A stretch of 64,000 nt of DNA from Candidatus Altiarchaeales archaeon. Its GTDB lineage: Archaea > Altiarchaeota > Altiarchaeia > IMC4 > SCGC-AAA252-I15. Positions 59,227-64,000 of this stretch are shown here, piece after piece. A model generated the notes under the pieces. That model worked only from the letters and a program-made list of their open reading frames with translations, searched no databases and was not told the origin of the DNA. Position 1 is the first letter of the stretch. Each line of letters starts with the position of its first letter. The translations under genes were made by a program, and so were the position numbers. Location of the stretch: the NCBI GenBank assembly GCA_014727915.1, contig WJMO01000005.1, forward strand, positions 96,001-160,000, read 5' to 3'.

Positions 59227-60711
59227 ATGGCGCGTATATGGTTTTTGGACACGACGTTGAGGGACGGGGAGCAGACTCCCGGGGTGACCCTGACGAAGGA
59301 GGACAAGATAAGGATAGCGAAGGCCCTGGACAACCTGGGTGTGGACATAATAGAGGCCGGAAGCGCATGCACCAGCGAAGGCGAGCGAGAAGCCATCAAA
59401 GCAGTGGCAAATGAGGGTTTGAAGGCGGAGGTGGCCAGCTACGCCCGCCTCACGAAAGGCGACGTGGACCTGGCGCTCGCATGTGACGTGGACACGGTAT
59501 TCCTGGTGGCGCCCACATCCGACCTCCACATCAAATGGAAGCTCAACAGCACAAGGGAGAAGGTGCTGGCCGGGGTCTCGGAGCTGACACAATACTGCAA
59601 GGACCACGGAGCCAATGTCGACCTCTGCTGCGAGGACGGCAGCAGGACCGACGTGGACTTCCTGAAGCAGGTGATGTCCACGGCCGTTGACGCGGGAGCT
59701 GACAGGTTCACCGTCGCCGACACCGTTGGCGTGCTGACGCCGGATGAGACAGCCAACATGTTCAAGCAGCTTACCAGGAATGCGAAGGTTCCGGTGGGCA
59801 TCCACTGCCACGACGACTTCGGCATGGCCACCGCCAACACCGTATCAGCGGTGAAGGCAGGGGTCCGAGTGGTGAATGTTACCGTCAACGGATTGGGCGA
59901 GAGGGCAGGCAACACGCCCCTGGAGGAGGTTGCTGTGGCGTTGAGGCTGCACACGGGACACAAGTTCAACCTCCGCATCGAGGGATTGACGAAGATAAGC
60001 AACCTGGTGGAGAAGATATCCGGGATACCCGTGCCGCCGAACAAGGCGATAGTCGGCGACAACGCGTTCACCCACGAGGCAGGCATCCACGTGGACGGCA
60101 TACTGAAGAAGCCCTCCACCTACGAGCCGATAAAGCCGGAGATAGTGGGCGCGAGGAGGAAGTTCGTATTGGGCAAGCACGTGGGCTTAAAGAGCGTCAA
60201 GAAGATGCTGGACGAGTCAGGATTCGAGATGACAGACGATCAGGTGAAGGAGGTGTTCAACCAGGTCAAGTACATAGGCGACAAGGGCAAGAGCGTTACC
60301 TCCGTGGACTTGGACACGATAGCTCATAGCGTGCTCGGATTGAAGGAGGAGAAGCCCATAAAATTGGTCGAACTGGTCGCCCAGGCAGGCAACAGGATAA
60401 CCCCGACTGCGACGGTGAAGCTGCAGATGAACGGGGACACTGTAACGACAATGGGAAGCGGCACCGGCCCCGTTGACGCTGCCATAAACGCCATAAAGGC
60501 AGCCACCAAGGACGTGCCCTTCGAGCTGAAGGAATACCACGTCGACTCCGTATCCGGGGGAACTGATGCTGTGGTTAGGATACTGGTGAAGCTGAAGAGC
60601 AAGGGCAGATTATACACCGCGGAAGGCGCGGGGGCTGACATAGTATTGGCTTCCGTCGACGCGATGATCCAGGGTTTGAATGCGATAATAGCCAGGGATA
60701 AATTAGCTTAA
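59227..60711 (+). CDS. cimA: (R)-citramalate synthase (LeuA/CimA family)
   Basis: DTTLRDGEQTPG and IEAGSA-x-TS-x-GE (methanogen CimA-like rather than LeuA 'AGFP'), HCHDD, GERAGN, HEAGIH and a C-terminal regulatory domain. Confidence 0.8.
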   Translation: MARIWFLDTTLRDGEQTPGVTLTKEDKIRIAKALDNLGVDIIEAGSACTSEGEREAIKAVANEGLKAEVASYARLTKGDVDLALACDVDTVFLVAPTSDLHIKWKLNSTREKVLAGVSELTQYCKDHGANVDLCCEDGSRTDVDFLKQVMSTAVDAGADRFTVADTVGVLTPDETANMFKQLTRNAKVPVGIHCHDDFGMATANTVSAVKAGVRVVNVTVNGLGERAGNTPLEEVAVALRLHTGHKFNLRIEGLTKISNLVEKISGIPVPPNKAIVGDNAFTHEAGIHVDGILKKPSTYEPIKPEIVGARRKFVLGKHVGLKSVKKMLDESGFEMTDDQVKEVFNQVKYIGDKGKSVTSVDLDTIAHSVLGLKEEKPIKLVELVAQAGNRITPTATVKLQMNGDTVTTMGSGTGPVDAAINAIKAATKDVPFELKEYHVDSVSGGTDAVVRILVKLKSKGRLYTAEGAGADIVLASVDAMIQGLNAIIARDKLA

Positions 60712-60736
60712 ATTAACCTATACATATGTGTCTAAG

Positions 60737-61987
60737 ATGTCCACAATATCGGAGAAGATACTCGCTGCGAAGGCAGGTTTGAAGGAACTGAGCCCGGGGG
60801 AGATCGTGGAGGCTGAAGTTGACTATGTGATGGTAAACGATGTGACTGCCATGCCCGCGTTCCCCGTCTTCGACGAGCTCGGCCTCCCGCCCCTGAAGGA
60901 AAAGGGAGTTTTCATACCCGACCATTACGTGCCCAACAAGGATGTGCCGAGCGCGGAGCAGGCCAAGGCCATGCGCGAGTTCGTGGCGAAGCACAAGCTC
61001 CCACACTATTTTGAGGTCGGGAAGGGCGGCGTATGCCATCAGGTGATGATAGAGCGGGGGTTCGTCGCTCCGGGCAGGCTCATAGTGGGCGCGGACAGCC
61101 ACACCTGCAGCTACGGCGCCCTTGGCGCGTTTGCCACCGGGATCGGGAGCACGGAGGCTGCATGCGCGATGGTCTCTGGGAAGCTGTGGTTCAAGGTTCC
61201 CGAGTCCCAGAAGTTCACGGTTGAAGGCGAGCTCGGAGAGCATGTGATGGGCAAGGACATAATCCTGCACGTGATAGGTGATGTTGGCGTTGACGGGTCA
61301 CTGTATAAGACGATGGAATGGTATGGGAGCGCCATCGAGTCCCTGCCATTGGCTGACAGGATAAGCATATCCAACATGGCCATCGAGGCAGGTGGCAAGG
61401 CGGGTATCATACCTGCTGACAAGAAGGTGGATGAATACCTGAAGGGCCGTGTGAGGGGGAAGTACAAGGCGGTCTACTCTGACGAGGGCGCGGTGTACAG
61501 CGAGGAGTTCACATACGATGCCTCTGAGATACCCTGCACGGTCTCGGAGCCGTTCCTCCCGGAGAACGCGAAGGCGGCGGCGGACGTTAACGTGGAGATA
61601 GACCAGGCCTACATCGGATCGTGCACCAACGGGAGGATAGAGGACTTCCGCGTCGCGGCAGGGATACTCAAGGGCAGGAATGTGAAGGGGGGAGTGCGCC
61701 TACTGATAGTCCCGGCATCCCACGAGATTATGGACCAGATGATAGAAGAGGGATTGTATGATGTGTTCCGGAAGGCTGGGGCGTACATCTCAGGACCCAC
61801 ATGCGGCGCATGCCTGGGCGGGTACATGGGCGTACTAGCCAACGAGGAAGTCTGCGTTAGCACCACCAACCGAAACTTCATCGGTCGTATGGGCCACAAG
61901 GGCAGCAAAGTCTACCTGGCGAACCCTGCTGTCGTGGCCGCGTCGGCCATCACCGGAAAGATAACCGACCCAAACAATCTAAAATGA
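60737..61987 (+). CDS. leuC: Isopropylmalate/citramalate isomerase large subunit
   Basis: GVCHQ, GADSHTC, GSCTNGR, CGACLG and STTNRNF-x-GRMG motifs. Confidence 0.92.
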   Translation: MSTISEKILAAKAGLKELSPGEIVEAEVDYVMVNDVTAMPAFPVFDELGLPPLKEKGVFIPDHYVPNKDVPSAEQAKAMREFVAKHKLPHYFEVGKGGVCHQVMIERGFVAPGRLIVGADSHTCSYGALGAFATGIGSTEAACAMVSGKLWFKVPESQKFTVEGELGEHVMGKDIILHVIGDVGVDGSLYKTMEWYGSAIESLPLADRISISNMAIEAGGKAGIIPADKKVDEYLKGRVRGKYKAVYSDEGAVYSEEFTYDASEIPCTVSEPFLPENAKAAADVNVEIDQAYIGSCTNGRIEDFRVAAGILKGRNVKGGVRLLIVPASHEIMDQMIEEGLYDVFRKAGAYISGPTCGACLGGYMGVLANEEVCVSTTNRNFIGRMGHKGSKVYLANPAVVAASAITGKITDPNNLK

Positions 61988-61998
61988 GGTGGTAAAAG

Positions 61999-62481
61999 AT
62001 GAGTACAACCAACAGGAGAAAGGACGGCCTAGCAGGTTCCATGCCGGCTCCTCCTGGGGCATCCCAGGCATGCGATGACATGCTGCTCGGCGCCGCTGGG
62101 GAGAGGCAACCGTCGTTCAGGAGGGAGGAAGTTAGGGACAGGCTTTCAAAGGGCGACTGGTTCGGAGCTGGCCAGTATATATACTCGTTCCATGAGGGGG
62201 CTAGAGAGGAGGGCGTTAGAGGCCAGCAAGTATTCGATGGGGTTTTCATGTTCGCCATATCAACCGGCTGCCCTGACTCGCCCGAAAAGACGGCAGACAG
62301 GAGTGCGGTGCTCGGGTTCCTGGACGAGAGGGGGAGGCCTGAGGGGGCGGCGCCCCCAGAGGGCGGGAACTGGCAGCAGAGCAAATCCCCGCTGGTTCAT
62401 CTCTATCTGGCCCTCGAAAACAGGATGGACGTGCTGGAGGCTAACAAGCAGAGGATCCGCGAATCATATGGAATGGGATAA
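61999..62481 (+). CDS. Orphan hypothetical protein between leuC and leuD
   Basis: Strong RBS (GAGGTGG) overlapping the leuC stop; the ORF fills the gap. Confidence 0.55.
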   Translation: MSTTNRRKDGLAGSMPAPPGASQACDDMLLGAAGERQPSFRREEVRDRLSKGDWFGAGQYIYSFHEGAREEGVRGQQVFDGVFMFAISTGCPDSPEKTADRSAVLGFLDERGRPEGAAPPEGGNWQQSKSPLVHLYLALENRMDVLEANKQRIRESYGMG

Positions 62482-62513
62482 TCGACCGAAGCAGACGTAT
62501 CATATAAAAAAAA

Positions 62514-63005
62514 ATGGACGAGAGGATCAGGGGCAGAGTTTGGGTTTTTGGGGATAATGTTGACACTGACCAGATAATCCCAGCGGAGTATCTTGTGACT
62601 GGGGATCCAGTGGAGCTCGGCAGCCACGCCTTCGAGAAGGTGCGGCCCGAGTTTGCAGAACAGGTCGAGGAAGGCGACATAATCTTGGCAGCCGACAACT
62701 TCGGTTGCGGGAGCTCAAGGGAGCACGCTCCCAGGGCTTTGCTGGGCTGCGGGGTGAAGTGTGTCATTGCCCGGAGCTTCGCCAGGATATTCTACAGGAA
62801 CAGCATCAACATAGGACTCCCACTAGTCGAATGCGAGGTTGAAGCAGGCGAAGGCGACGAGGTGGAAGTGAGCTTCAAAACAGGGAAGGTCAGGAACCTA
62901 AAGACAGGAAAGGAGTATGATTTCAAGGCACTTCCCGAGTTCCTGTTGAGCCTCATAGACTCCGGGGGGCTTGTGGAGTACACCAGGGAAAAGCTGAGGA
63001 AATGA
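62514..63005 (+). CDS. leuD: Isopropylmalate/citramalate isomerase small subunit
   Basis: DNVDTDQIIP, YLV specificity loop (not the homoaconitase YLRT), NFGCGSSREHA and SFARIFYRN motifs. Confidence 0.93.
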   Translation: MDERIRGRVWVFGDNVDTDQIIPAEYLVTGDPVELGSHAFEKVRPEFAEQVEEGDIILAADNFGCGSSREHAPRALLGCGVKCVIARSFARIFYRNSINIGLPLVECEVEAGEGDEVEVSFKTGKVRNLKTGKEYDFKALPEFLLSLIDSGGLVEYTREKLRK

Positions 63006-64000
63006 ACCTTAAACTGGCAATAGCCTCCATATTGTTCATATCCTCCATATTCTTCTTTTTCACCCTACAACGTGGTCGGGGAGTCGTTGGGGAAGATGCC
63101 CTTGCTGACGCGGGCAACGCCCAAGTCGATTCTCTAATGTCCCTGGGATACGTTGCTGTGGTGGACGTGGCCGAGGAGGACAGGGGCAAGTCCAATGTCA
63201 CAGGCTACAACCCCCTCATGTCATTCAGCAACCTAAACCTCTACTGCGACCAGGGCGGCGATACCGCCTATCTAATGGACATGCAGGGTAACATAGTCCA
63301 TTCGATAACCGTCGACTACGATGGCTGCGAGCTGGTCGAACCCTACAACGACAGCATACTGTTCGTGATGGGGGACAAGGCCCTCATTGACGCTTGCTAT
63401 GACTCCAGTGTCAGGTGGGTTACCGAGAACCGCTTCCACCATGACGTGGCAGTCTCGGAAACGGGTCTCATATACTCCCTGATACGTGAGGACTCATACC
63501 ATCCGGAGATAATATCGGGCAAGAAGATGCAAGACGACTTGCTTGTCGTCATCGACCCCGCCGATGGGACGATATTGCGCAGGATATCTTTCGCGCAGAT
63601 GATAATGGGGGATGATGAGCTTCTGGCCCTTGCGAGGAAGTCAGCCGATGAGAAATCGGAAGAAGAGGGTTTCGAGGGTTTGGAGGTCGTTGATGTGCTG
63701 CACACGAACTCGCTGGAGGTGATTGGTAGCGACATCTACTCCGGCGGTGAGAGGCTGTTCAAAAGGGGCGATGTCCTATTCTGCATACGGGAGCTGGACT
63801 CCATCGGCGTCTTGGACATGGACTCGGAGATGATAGTATGGCACTGGGGTCCGGGGGTGCTGGAGGGTCCGCATCAGCCCTCACTGCTTGAGAACGGGAA
63901 CATACTCGTATTCGACAACGGCGATGAACGCGGCTACTCGAGGCTGCTGGAGATGGACCCTTTGACCGAGGAGGCGGGCTGGGAGTACGTCGCCGACCCT
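63002..64000 (+). CDS. Arylsulfotransferase (ASST)-family beta-propeller protein, 3' truncated
   Basis: Not in the ORF track because it has no stop in the window. Translation gives an N-terminal TM, LMSLGYV, LMDMQGNIVH, FHHD, LHTNS, GPHQP and ILVFDNG...SRLLE. ATGA-coupled to leuD. Confidence 0.8.
   Translation, partial: MNLKLAIASILFISSIFFFFTLQRGRGVVGEDALADAGNAQVDSLMSLGYVAVVDVAEEDRGKSNVTGYNPLMSFSNLNLYCDQGGDTAYLMDMQGNIVHSITVDYDGCELVEPYNDSILFVMGDKALIDACYDSSVRWVTENRFHHDVAVSETGLIYSLIREDSYHPEIISGKKMQDDLLVVIDPADGTILRRISFAQMIMGDDELLALARKSADEKSEEEGFEGLEVVDVLHTNSLEVIGSDIYSGGERLFKRGDVLFCIRELDSIGVLDMDSEMIVWHWGPGVLEGPHQPSLLENGNILVFDNGDERGYSRLLEMDPLTEEAGWEYVADP

Noticed and set aside
1-64000. tRNA, rRNA, transposase, integrase or intein
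   Set aside because: None was recognised by eye; intergenic gaps are short and core proteins have normal lengths. A covariance-model scan was not possible.

Overview
Archaeal chromosomal window, moderately GC-rich with AT-rich intergenic spacers. The archaeal call rests on topoisomerase VI A/B, class I CCA-adding enzyme, Dim2-like KH protein, UPF0147, Bud32, archaeal TyrS and an A/V-type ATP synthase operon in the order H-I-K-E-C-F-A-B-D. Biosynthetic genes together with DPANN-style Cys-rich surface proteins suggest an Altiarchaeota-like organism, but this is inference only. The first ~16 kb is an accessory cell-surface region. It holds a GT-C mannosyltransferase divergent from an 11.5 kb three-gene unit: a ~1228-aa Cys-rich secreted protein ending in an intact papain (C1A) domain, a small membrane-anchored DUF333 protein, and a 2392-aa Cys/Thr-rich repeat protein. 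The rest is mostly housekeeping (cca, amrS, top6BA, coaB/coaD, mini-metV/metF, secFD, rubrerythrin, ATP synthase, ilvC, hisF, ilvB, trm11, gatB, tyrS, cimA-leuC-leuD) interspersed with orphans. The most unusual signals are the giant protease/adhesin unit, a stand-alone PTS Enzyme I homologue, a tandem pair of catalytically degenerate Mrr-like proteins, and structured leaders before three amino-acid biosynthesis genes. Those leaders are an Ile-rich leader peptide with a terminator-like hairpin before cimA, a 17-bp stem abutting the ilvB RBS, and a duplicated hisF 5' end around a palindromic insert. No tRNA, rRNA, CRISPR array or transposase was recognised. All family calls come from motif recognition by eye, not database searches.
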